DNA from: an uncultured Methanomicrobiales archaeon
GTDB taxonomy: Archaea; Halobacteriota; Methanomicrobia; Methanomicrobiales; Methanospirillaceae
Direction of reading: 5' to 3'
NCBI GenBank assembly: GCA_963697895.1
Contig: OY969100.1
Span: 1,792,001 to 1,856,000 of the forward strand
Length of the DNA: 64,000 bases
Position numbers and translations under genes: made by a program. Shown here piece by piece: positions 23,101 through 33,530 of the stretch. The notes under the pieces were generated by a model. It searched no databases. It saw nothing but the letters and a program-made list of their open reading frames with translations, and was not told the origin of the DNA. Within the stretch, counting starts at the first letter, position 1. Each line of letters begins with the position of its first letter.

Positions 23101-25699
23101 TATTGTTGCAAATACTCTGAACGGATCAGCTCTCAGCGGTACAAACGGGCATTTGAAGCTCGTCGGACCGGCGACCACCTCCGGTCAACAGCGGGTCGGC
23201 AATATCACGACAATCCGCCTGGAAGGCCTCCCATCGTATCCTGCAGGGGCATACAGTCTCTCCCTGAAAGGAAAGATCAGCGATATCATCCCCGAACCGG
23301 AACTCGAGGCTTGGATTGCGGCGAATACTGCGACATACACTGACAGCAACGGGAATGAATACTCCGGTATTCCCCTTTGGTATTTGCTTGGCTGGGTGGA
23401 TGATCGGATTCCTGCCGGTCCAAATGGGTTCAACGAGGCGACCGCGGCAGCCGGTTACAAGGTGATTGTGAAAGCGGGTGATGGCTACTCGAAGGAGTTC
23501 TCGAGCACGACGATCGGGAAAAACAACGATCTGATCGTCGCCAATATGCTGAACGGGACTGCTCTTCCGAGCGACGGAAGTCATCCGCCATGGCCGCTCC
23601 GGCTGGTTGGGCCAGGGGCGACCGGAAGCAACAGCGTCGGGAATATCGTGGAGATTGACCTGACCGATTTCCAGACCGTGCAGTACCCGCGATTCCCCTC
23701 CATATCATCAAGTACGGTCCTGACGGAACCACCATCATCAATCAGACGAACGTAACCTATCAGTGGATGGAAATAAACCTCGCCGTCATCGGGGACGGGG
23801 TAACTGCGTATAAGTTCGAGGGTCTCACGCTCAACTCCTCGAACCTGTGGGACCCCGAGGAGACCTATCCGGGGGGGTTCAAGATCTCGAACGTGGTGAA
23901 AGGAACCCGTGTCCATGACTTGGCTGAACTCGTTGGCGGGATGGGATCGGGAACAACGATCACCTTCGTCGCAAGCGATGGCTTCGAGACAACACTCCCT
24001 TACTCGTCAATTTATACCAACCCGGCGATCCAGTCCCGGCAGGGAGATGCCGTCCTTGCTTGGTGGGGCGATGGGCAGTACGTGCCCGGTTATGCGGATG
24101 GGATGCGCCTCTTCTTCATGCCGTCTGACCATATCTATGGCCAGTGGGACATGCACGAGACACTGCCATCCCAGTACTGGCGTTATAATTACCAGGATGG
24201 TGTCCAGTACCCGTCCTGTGCGGGGCTTTCTGCAAAGTACATCACCGCCATCAAGGTTTATTCCTCTCCGGAATCAGACTGGACCCTGAATCTGGACGGG
24301 CGGGATATCGGCGGGATCAATTATACCGTGAGCAAGCCATACTTCGAGGAGGCACTGGCCTGCCAGTTCGAGTCGAACCACAGTGCAACCTTCACCGATA
24401 GCAGCGGACGGGTATGGGAAGGGATGCCGCTCTGGTTCCTCTGCGGGTTCGTCGATGATGCCGACATGCATTCTGCTAACTCCTACAACGACACAAAGGC
24501 GCTCGCGGGTTACAATATCACCATCACCGGAACGGATGGGTACAACTATACCTTCGATAGCAGGGATACGATCCGGAGTACCAACTATATCGTCGCGAAC
24601 ACCCTGAATGGCACGCATATCAACGGATCGGATTCCAGCTGGCCGCTGCGGCTTGTCGGGCAGAATGTGACCGGCGGAATGGTGGTCAAGAAGATCGCGT
24701 CGATCAAACTGACTCCCCAGGCATCTCTTCCACCCGAAACCCCGACCATATCGGTCGTTCCTGCCAGCCAGTCGTTCCCGGTGGGGACGAGCAGGGAATA
24801 CCAGATCGTGATGAATTCCATCCCGCCGGGTCTCGCGGGGTATGATCTGGTCGTGACCTGTTCCAATGCAAGTGTTGCGGAGATCCTCTCCATATCGTAT
24901 CCTTCATGGGCCGGGTTGAGCAATAACACCGTGATTACCCCGTCATCATTAAAACTGAGTGCGGTGGATACAAACCGGCAGGTCCAGCTGAATGCAACGA
25001 ACGTGGTCCTCGCAAATGTTACCGTAAAGGGTAATGCGGCAGGGACGACCTCCATTGTTATCACGAAGGTGCATATGGATACCGATGGCGGGGGGATTAT
25101 CACCCCTGATATCGTAAACGGACGGGCAATTGTATTCAGCCCCCTGAATGCGGATTTCAGCGGGACCCCGAGGACCGGCATGGCGTCGAGGAATGTATCG
25201 CTCGACGTGAATTTCACGGATCTTACGACCGGGTCGCCGAATGCGACGGCATGGCACTGGGACTTCGGGACGCTCGGGAACGGCAACACATCGACGGCGC
25301 ATAATCCAAAGGCCCACTACTACGGGGTAGTAGGGAGTGTATCCGACTCCAGCCTCGTGAGACTCTACGGGAACCATACCGTGACTCTCATCGCGAGCAA
25401 TGCGTATAACCAGTCGACGAAGGTCCGGACGGATTATATCTATATCACGCCACTGCTGAAACCGTTCCCCGGGTACACTTTACTGCCGACAGATATGAAC
25501 AGCGACTGGATGATGGAGGACATCAACGGCAACGGAAACCTCGATTATGACGACGTGGTCGCGTATTACCAGAACATGCAGTGGATCCGGGACCAGGTCG
25601 ATGTCGGTGTCGAACCTGTACGACTACAACAACAACGGTCGCATCGATTACGATGATGTCGTGGTTCTCTACTGGATCATCCTGGACAGTCATCCATGA
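20102..25699 (+). CDS. Giant surface protein: QGP/KGT domain x2, PKD x2, DUF4430-like x3, sulfite-oxidase-fold-like x4, cohesin-like, C-terminal dockerin-like; frameshifts near 23680 and 25618
   Basis: ORFs 20102..23755 and 23767..25656 joined by alternate frame LHIIKYGPDGTTIINQTNVTYQWME; alternate frame at end gives YDYNNNGRIDYDDVVVLYWIILDSHP-stop 25699. Confidence 0.78.
21058..22330 (+). repeat. Three tandem 435-bp (145-aa) repeats, first two nearly identical
   Basis: VxFNGTVTLTPGETFTQLAYN coding units at ~21061, 21496, 21931. Confidence 0.92.
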
Positions 25700-25942
25700 T
25701 CCTTGAGAGTGAGTCTGAGACTGCCGGACATAAACCGGCATCATTTTTTTTTTGAAAACGAATAAGGGCAATCGGATCCTATTGAATGAGTGGAAATGAA
25801 TCACATACCCAAGTCATTCCGGATAAGCAGTATCTCACCCGTAAAAAGGACAGCCCTGATCCCCCATTCGGTGATCTCAGTTGAATTGTTCTGAATCCTT
25901 TTCCCGTCCGGATGGACGGGTTATCATATCTCGCGAGGGACC

Positions 25943-26830
25943 ATGAAACACGCAATCCTCATAATTATCCTGATATCAGCCGCAGCATTCGCGTGCAGCT
26001 GCTCCGCTGCACCGACTCTGTCATTTGATCCCGTTGAACTGACCCTGGACCAGGGATCATCGGGAACCGTATCGATTTTTCTCTCGGAAGCACCGGATGG
26101 CCTTGCCGGCTATGACCTTGTGGTCACCCTGGCAAACCCCGGTACTGCCCGGATCACCGCAGTCTCGTACCCGTCCTGGGCAGGACTGAGTAACAGTTCG
26201 GGTGTTCCCGGAGAGCAGGTCTTCATGAGCGGTGTCGACATCAACCGGCAGGTGCAGGCGGGAGCGACGGGTATCCAGCTCGCGACCATTACCCTTGAGG
26301 GAGGAACAACGGGCACATCCACGCTGACAGTCTCGGATATCCATATGGATGCCGACGGAGGGGCGGGGATTGTTCCGTTAGTGAATACCGGGACGGTCGT
26401 CGTGGGTTCGGGGGTACTCCGGTCACCTGGACAACGGTCCCGACGACGGCCCCCGTGACGACGACGGTAACCGCGGCGTCTTCGACCGGCTCATCGTCTT
26501 CTGGTAATGGGGGCAGTTCCGGCGGAGATGGAGCCGGAACCTCCTCTGCGGAGACCACTTCCCCCGTGACGGGTGTCACTACCGTGTCACTCACACCGCT
26601 CGAAACCCATGTTGAAATCCCGGTCAGCACGCCATCCGCCGAACCTTCTCCGGCAACGGCTGTGACCGGAGACGACGACTGGAGCGAGCGCACCCCCGGC
26701 AACCCTGCCCAAGTTACCGTCTGTGCCGTCAGCCCTTGCCGGAATACCGCTCCTCTGGCTGGGAATCGTGATTATTCTGATCATAATCAGCATTGTCATC
26801 CTGGTTCTCGCCATAACCAAGAGGATCTAA
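25943..26830 (+). CDS. Membrane-anchored single cohesin-like protein with Ser/Thr linker; frameshifts near 26415 and 26670
   Basis: Signal peptide, APDGLAGYDL...SYPSWAGL...MDADGG domain; alternate frame ends LLWLGIVIILIIISIVILVLAITKRI-stop 26830. Confidence 0.75.
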
Positions 26831-27063
26831 CTTTTTTTCCGCTGTCATCTCCCGAATTGAACTGAGGTTTGGGAGATGAACCGGCTTGATCGAAATGAAT
26901 ATCTAAAAGAATCGGGTCAAGTACGCGAATATCAGACAGACAACAGGTAATCAGCAGACTAAAATTGCCATTCGTCTCTTCGAGATTCGGCATTCATCGG
27001 TTCCCGTTAAAAAAACCTCTCCTTTAATGCATTATCCGTCGATTCATTCTTACTGGTGACGGA

Positions 27064-28370
27064 ATGGCGGATATCCGGACGGAACGAATGGACGGGATTC
27101 TCATCGTCGGCGTGGAAGGCAGGCTGGACGAGTTCGGAGCCGTGCACCTCCAGGAAGCAATGGAAAAGGAGATCCATGACGATGACCGGTCGGTCATCAT
27201 AGATATGGACAATGTACCGTACCTGAGCAGTGCCGGAATCCGGGTATTCACCGCCTGGAAAAAGCGGGTAAAGGAACGAGGGGGGATCTTCGCCCTATCC
27301 GGCCTGCAGGAATTCCCGCTCGAGGTACTCCACATGGCCGGGTACACTCCTCGTTTTCGATCTTTGCCTCCCGGCAGGAGGCAGTCGACGCATGCCTGAA
27401 AGGGGACGATCGCTCCTTGCTCCTGCACGAGATGGCGTACCCGGCTGTTACCCGTGATGAAGCAGTATACACGATCGAGCAGGGTCATTCCCGTAAACCG
27501 GCAGTGCTGAGTGTTACCGGCGATCTTGGGAAGCTGCTCTCCTCCCGCCTGACAAACAGCGATATCAGGTCGCTCCGGTTCTCGGATGCGGTCTACTCGC
27601 TCGGGCTCGGGGCGCTCGGGAAGAACATCACCGCAGCGATGCCGCTCCTCGGGGAGATGATCACCCTTCACGGCTCGATGGTCTGGGTGCCGACCGACGG
27701 GAACATGACCCCGGATTTTTTCACCCCCGCCCATGACACCGGCGAGGTCCGGATCTTTACCGGGTTCAACATTGCACTCCACGGTCCCTTCCACGATATT
27801 GTCACGGTCGAGAGCCGGGGGAACACAGGTTTCACGATCGCGGAACTCTACCGATCCCTCTTCTCGATTGCACGGGAGCGGAGGCGTCCGTTCTCGGGGA
27901 TCCTTTCGATCGTCATGTGGGTGATCGCGGGAGGGGTCCGGAGCTCGGAGATCCGCCACGCGCCTGTGCTCGAAAATGCCCCTCTCAATGAGAAGACCAT
28001 CATGGACCCGGAGAATTACGACGAGTGGAATGCCACGATCCGCGATCCCCGGTACGGAGGCGACACCCTGGTCAGTTTCGGGTTTGGGATCGATCTCTCC
28101 GGGGATCTCTCCTCCTTCGACCGGCGGGTTCTCGGGTCCCTGTATTACGTCCACCCGGATAACGCTGGTGAACAGAATGAATATCTCCATAACCACGGGG
28201 TCGTCTTCCGGGATATTCCCTGGGAACCGGAACGGGACCTCGATCGGCATATCAGAAAGATCGTGAAGGAGGGGGAGTTCGTGGATATGCGGCACCTGCT
28301 CGATGATACGAGGATCCTCCACGCGAAATGCGGGGTGTCCTATATCTCCGCGATCACGACGAACCGGTGA
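27064..28370 (+). CDS. STAS (anti-anti-sigma-like) domain fused to unknown C-terminal domain; frameshift near 27345
   Basis: VEGRLD, IDMDNVPYLSSAGIRV; continuation in ORF 27417..28370. Confidence 0.7.
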
Positions 28371-28382
28371 TCGCGGAAGCCG

Positions 28383-28610
28383 TTTCCATACAACGAATCA
28401 TCGAGTGATATCTGTTTTTCACTCGACGAATTTTTAAAGAGGGGAATGGTTCCCCGCGACGAACCTTGATCGGTGTATCTGCTCCCCGCAAAGAACCGTT
28501 GAGGGATATCAGTTTCCACTCGACGAACGATTGAACAGCGAACCTTTTCCCCGCAAAGAACCGTTGAGCGTGGATCTGATTACGCTCGACGAACTATGGG
28601 AGTATACTGC
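28383..28610. repeat. Degenerate ~32-33 bp tandem repeat, about 7 units
   Basis: ttcc(a/c)c(t/g)c(g/a)a(c/a)gaa core at ~28383, 28416, 28450, 28482, 28514, 28547, 28580. Confidence 0.65.
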
Positions 28611-28684
28611 TCTCCCCTTACCCCCCCTTGAAGATCTGATCCGGGGTTCCGGAACAGGGACGAGCCGGGCTTCAGACCCCTGTC

Positions 28685-29443
28685 TCACTCGTCTTGGAAT
28701 GCACCGTTGTACAGCCAGACATGGTCGAGATCCTTCCCCCATTTCCCTTCCGTCTTTCGTTCACGAATGACGCGGGCGGGAATCCCGGCGGCGACTGAAT
28801 TCGGGGGGACGTCCGCGGTCACGATAGCACCACCGGCAACAATCGACTGTTCCCCGATGGTGACCCCGGGAAGGATCATCGCCCCGGTGAAGATCTTGGC
28901 AAAATCCCCGATCCGGACCGGAGCATAGGTACGGATGGCATGGTCCGATTCCGAGTGGTTGTGCGTGAATATCCGCACGAATTCCCCGATTCCCACAAAA
29001 TTCCCGATACGGATGCCTCCTTTCGTGTCAAAAAACGAACCGCGGTTGAAGAAGACGTCATCTCCGAGGCTGAGGAACTGCCCGAAGTTGAACCGGACAT
29101 CCCCTTCCGAATTGAAGTTCTTCCCGCACTCGCGAAAGAGTTTACGGGCTATCATCCGCCGGAACGGGAATGCGACATTCATGGAGAGGGAGAGCGGCGA
29201 TCGGTCGAACGCATCCCATAAAAAGTGGAGGTGGCGTTGTTCCGGACTGAATGGACTCTCTGCCGCTTTCGGCAGGTATTCACTGTATAACCGCATCTCG
29301 TCGAGGAACGTCTTATGAACGGGAGGCAACTCCAGGAGGGATAGGACCCGTTCCGTCCCCCCGGTATCGGGGCCTTCATCCAGTATAGACTTCAGTTCGT
29401 CGAGCAGATCCGGAACGGCTCTTTCCGACTGGGTTTGACTCAT
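28685..29443 (-). CDS. Hexapeptide-repeat O-acyltransferase (maltose/galactoside acetyltransferase-like)
   Basis: IRIGNFVGIG, ILPGVTIGEQSIVAGGAIVTADVP, GIPARVIR. Confidence 0.88.
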   Translation of the reverse strand: MSQTQSERAVPDLLDELKSILDEGPDTGGTERVLSLLELPPVHKTFLDEMRLYSEYLPKAAESPFSPEQRHLHFLWDAFDRSPLSLSMNVAFPFRRMIARKLFRECGKNFNSEGDVRFNFGQFLSLGDDVFFNRGSFFDTKGGIRIGNFVGIGEFVRIFTHNHSESDHAIRTYAPVRIGDFAKIFTGAMILPGVTIGEQSIVAGGAIVTADVPPNSVAAGIPARVIRERKTEGKWGKDLDHVWLYNGAFQDE

Positions 29444-29489
29444 ACCTATGGATAGGGGATGAATTATATGATAAGTAATCCCTCCTCGT

Positions 29490-29597
29490 GGGGGGATTGC
29501 CGGATGAGCAGCGGCGATTGATATACGTTCAGAACGCCTTGCGGGTGAATCTGCAATATCGGAGGTCGGGTTTACCCGATACCCGCCGAATCCCCGG
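29490..29597 (+). ncRNA. Candidate structured RNA or 5' leader
   Basis: TTATAT box at 29464; helices GGGGATT/AATCCCC, GCGGGTG/TACCCGC, TCGGG/CCCGA, GGCG/CGCC; pyrimidine tract follows. Confidence 0.35.
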
Positions 29598-29724
29598 ATT
29601 TCCATTCTTGTTATCTCACTCCTTTCCGACAACGCCCGTCTTTCTTGAAAGACCGCCAGCCTCATCCCTTACTCACATGCAGACGAAAATCCTCATCCCT
29701 TCCCCGCGCCTATACTCCTGATCA

Positions 29725-30897
29725 ATGTACGACCTCGCCAGACTCCGGGAAGAGTTCCCCGTCCTCTCCTCCTGCGTCTATCTCGACAGCGCGTCCACGA
29801 GCCAGACCCCCCGGTGTGCGGTTGAAGCGATCTGCGACTATTTTTATCACTACGCGGGAAATCACGGGAGAGGTGCCCATCATCTCGCCCGGAAGACCAC
29901 CGAACGGTACGAAGAGACACGGGATATTCTGGCTTCGTTCCTCGCGGTGCCGCCGGACCACCTCGTCTTCACCCGGAACACTACGGAAGCCCTGAACATG
30001 GTTGCAAACGGCCTGTCGTGGAAACAGGGAGACGAGGTTATCACGACCGTTCTCGAGCATCACGCAAATCTTCTCCCCTGGATGATGCTTCGGAAGAAAG
30101 GGGTCCATGTCCGTATTGTGCCTCACCGGAACGGCTACATCGAGCCGGGCACCGTTCAGGAAGCGATCTCTGCACGGACACGGCTGATCGCCGTAACGCA
30201 TATGCCCAACGTCATCGGCACGGTGCAGCCGGTCGGGGAGATCGGGCGGATCGCCCACGATGCGGGGGTGCCGATCGTGGTCGACGGCGCCCAGTCGGTC
30301 GGGCATTTTCCGGTCGATCTCAGGGATATCGATTACATGGGCATCCCGGGTCACAAGGGGCTGCTGGGGCCCCAAGGCACCGGTGCGCTCTATATGCAGG
30401 ATACGGGCTCGATCGAGCCCTCCCTCTTCGGGGGAGGGATGGTCGAGCGGGTATCACACGAGGAGGTGATCTTCCTGCCTCCACCGGCAAAATTCGAACC
30501 CGGCACCCCGAATATTCCGGGGGTCATCGGACTCGGCGCCGCAATCAGGCTCGTGGAGGCGCTTGGTGTCGGTAATATTCATGCCCACGAGATGGCGCTC
30601 GGCCACCAGATCTTCCGGGGGTTGTCTGAGATACCCGGGGTTACCGTGTACAGTCCCCCCGGGACCGGTGTGGTTTCGTTCACGGTCGCGGGGAAGAACC
30701 CGAACGCATTCGCCCGGGAACTCGATGACTACGGGAAGATCTGCGTGCGAAGCGGGATGCACTGCGCGGAACCCCTGACCCGTTCGTACCATTGCGAGGG
30801 GACGATCCGGGCATCGGTCGGGTGTTATTCCACGGAAGAGGAAGTCCGTGCCCTGGTCGATGCGGTACGTGTGCTGTCCGGCAGCGGAAAGGGTTGA
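29725..30897 (+). CDS. Cysteine desulfurase (class V PLP aminotransferase, SufS-like)
   Basis: YLDSAST, EHHAN, DGAQS, GHKGLLGP, RSGMHCA. Confidence 0.9.
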   Translation: MYDLARLREEFPVLSSCVYLDSASTSQTPRCAVEAICDYFYHYAGNHGRGAHHLARKTTERYEETRDILASFLAVPPDHLVFTRNTTEALNMVANGLSWKQGDEVITTVLEHHANLLPWMMLRKKGVHVRIVPHRNGYIEPGTVQEAISARTRLIAVTHMPNVIGTVQPVGEIGRIAHDAGVPIVVDGAQSVGHFPVDLRDIDYMGIPGHKGLLGPQGTGALYMQDTGSIEPSLFGGGMVERVSHEEVIFLPPPAKFEPGTPNIPGVIGLGAAIRLVEALGVGNIHAHEMALGHQIFRGLSEIPGVTVYSPPGTGVVSFTVAGKNPNAFARELDDYGKICVRSGMHCAEPLTRSYHCEGTIRASVGCYSTEEEVRALVDAVRVLSGSGKG

Positions 30898-31041
30898 TCT
30901 CCCTTCCTTCTCTTCATCACCGGAGTATCCCGAATTCTCTTCCTAACAGGATAATTCTATATAAGACGAATGGCAAAGTGTCTTATACTCGCAGAAGGTT
31001 CAAGAGAAATTACGCGAGGCTCTGGAATCCGTTCGTAATGC

Positions 31042-31368
31042 ATGTTACAAGGAGATGATGTACTGCCCGAAAGGAAGAACAACAATCCGCCGGAAGAGAT
31101 CGTCAGGGTACGATTACCCCAGAAGAGAAACAGGGAATTGTTTGCGATCGCCGAACTGATGATGGGGGCCAACCACATCCGGGTCAAAGGGTATGACGGT
31201 GTCATCCGGATGGGCCGGATCAAGGGAAAGATCAAGAAGAAGGTCTGGATCCGCGAAGGCGACATCCTCATCGTGATCCCCTGGAGCTTCCAGGACGATA
31301 AATGCGACATCATCTACCGGTACACCGGGCCCCAGGTTGAGTGGCTGAGAAGCCACGGTTACCTGTAG
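31042..31368 (+). CDS. eif1a: Archaeal translation initiation factor 1A
   Basis: MGRIKGKIKKKVWIREGD, WSFQDDKCDIIYRY; start uncertain. Confidence 0.95.
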   Translation: MLQGDDVLPERKNNNPPEEIVRVRLPQKRNRELFAIAELMMGANHIRVKGYDGVIRMGRIKGKIKKKVWIREGDILIVIPWSFQDDKCDIIYRYTGPQVEWLRSHGYL

Positions 31369-31468
31369 AATATCATTTTTCCCCATCGGTCGGAGAAGGA
31401 TAACTCTCTTTTCCGGGTCTTCTGATCGATGCGAATTATTTTTTTCATCAGCTCATCAGACGAACTGC

Positions 31469-33158
31469 TCATTGTTCTTTCTGTCTGATCGATACGGCGG
31501 GTACGTGGAGTTCGAACCGTGCACCCTTCCCGAATATCCCGGTTTCCCGTATCGTGATCCCGGTGATGGAGAGAATTTCACGGGACAGGAACAACCCCAA
31601 CCCGGTATTTTTTCCGTAATCCCGGGTGAAGATCAGTTCTTTCTCGGCATCCCGGATCCCTTCCCCGTCATCCTCGCAGAAGATGGTGAGCCCGTCATCC
31701 AAGGGTACGCATGAGAAACGGATCCCCTTCAGTGCCGGTCCGCCGTGCCGGATCGCATTCTCGATGAGGTTGTAGAAGACCTTTTCGAGGAGGAGATCTG
31801 CATAGACCTCGATTCCATCGGTATCGACGATGATGGAGGGTGTGGGTAACGGGAACTGGTCTGCAGATCTCTGGATGGTCTCCCGCAGGTCCTGCCACCG
31901 CGGTGCCTCGACCCCGATCTCCTGGTAATCCCGGGAGAAGGTGATCAATTCCTGTATCGTCTGTGCAGCTTTCTCGATCCGCTCGAAATACGAGTCTTTA
32001 CTCTGTCCGGCCTGGTCCTCCCGTATCAGGATGAGGTATCCCCGGATGATCATGAGCTGGTTCGTGATATCGTGGCGGATCACGCTGTTCATGAGTTTCA
32101 GACTTCGCACTCACCTGCACCAGCGCATCCTCGGCCCGTTTCCGTTCCGTGATATCACGTACGTTCGCGATGATCAATTCCCTCCCCTCGAGGGTGATCT
32201 TGCTCAGGTGCACCTCGACGTCGAATTCGGAACCATCGTCCGGGCGCCTGGCCCGCCATTCAAATAAGCGGGGGTTCCCCTCCATCACCTCCTGCCAGAT
32301 GCGGGGAAGCGACTCGAGAGGATTGGAAGGGGCGGAAAGGTCTTTCGTGAGGGATAACCGGGGGATCTCGTCACGGGTCACCTGGTACAGCTGAAGCACG
32401 CGGTCGTTCGCGTCGACGATGGTCCCGTCCGGGGTATGGAGGAAGATACCGTCATATGCGTTGTTGAAGATTGCCCGCATCTTTCGCTCGGAATCGTGCA
32501 TCTCCTCTTCCGCCTGGTTGCGGGAGAACTCAAATCCGATCGCCCCGACCCCGATAACGATCAATGCACCGAGAATGATCAGGTAGAGGATCTCGCCGAG
32601 GAAATTCATCCGGTTCAGAACGCGGTCCTCACTCATGTCCACCCCGACGATTCCCACGACGTCTCCCTTCGCATTCCGTACCGGTGCGTACCCCGAGAGG
32701 GTGGTCCCCCACTGGTCCGTGGCAAACTCACTCTCTACGGTATTTCCGGTAAATCCCTGGAGCATCTCCGCAGTCGGAGTCGCGTAGATATCCCCGATGG
32801 AAGCGGTTTCGCCCGGGGTATCCATTCCGTATTCGGCATCGACAATGAACTGGACGGTGTTGTTTACGTTTCGCATCGTGTAAATATACGTGATATCGGG
32901 GTTCGATTGTTCCATCGCATAGAGCTGATCCCGGATCGCGATGAATGCGGGAGATGATTCATCGCCGATCCGGAGTGTTGCGAGTGCATCCCCGTCTACC
33001 TGAGTGGCCACCACTGCGGCGAGCGTTCTTAACTCGTCCCGGGTCACCTCTTTTACGGCTGTCTGCGTCTCGATGTACAGGAAATTGAATACCACGATGG
33101 ATGCTATTAAAATAATAAATAAAACCAGTATTCGTATTTTTTTGGAAGAATATACCAT
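31469..33158 (-). CDS. Membrane sensor histidine kinase (Cache-like + PAS + HisKA/HATPase); frameshift near 32102
   Basis: Two TMs, DQWGTTLSGYAPV, PAS ...RDITERK, then RHDITNQL, NLIENAIRH, DDGEGI, GLGL in next frame. Confidence 0.85.
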
Positions 33159-33530
33159 GTTACCCATTCTTTTGCCCTTATTCCGGGAACGAATGCGGGG
33201 AATTATTTTCTGCGGGAATCCCTGCAGAGCAGTTCCCATTCATTATTCTTGGTTTATGTTCCTTGACAGATCAAAACATCGCTGGGCTCAATAAACCATC
33301 GATGCCACCCGGAAGATCATCGTACACGCCGTACACCCGAAGTTGTAATAATCCCGATCCCGTTATTCGTTCGCCATAACGGACACCGGTTCCGTCCCCA
33401 ACCTTCACCTGCCATAACAAAGGAGGGAAAAAATGATGCTCCAGAATCCCGGTATGGGAAGAGATAGGAATGGTTTTTCCGGAGGACGGGTATGTGCCGG
33501 GAACAGGTATCCCGGGCCCGATCGGAGATC

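Noticed and set aside
7654-26830. Programmed frameshifting or phase variation in the surface genes
   Set aside because: No consistent slippery or homopolymer motif at the breaks and the same defect affects housekeeping thiolase; error more likely
16607-26830. True cellulosome for polysaccharide degradation
   Set aside because: No glycoside hydrolase or recognisable CBM catalytic partner in the window
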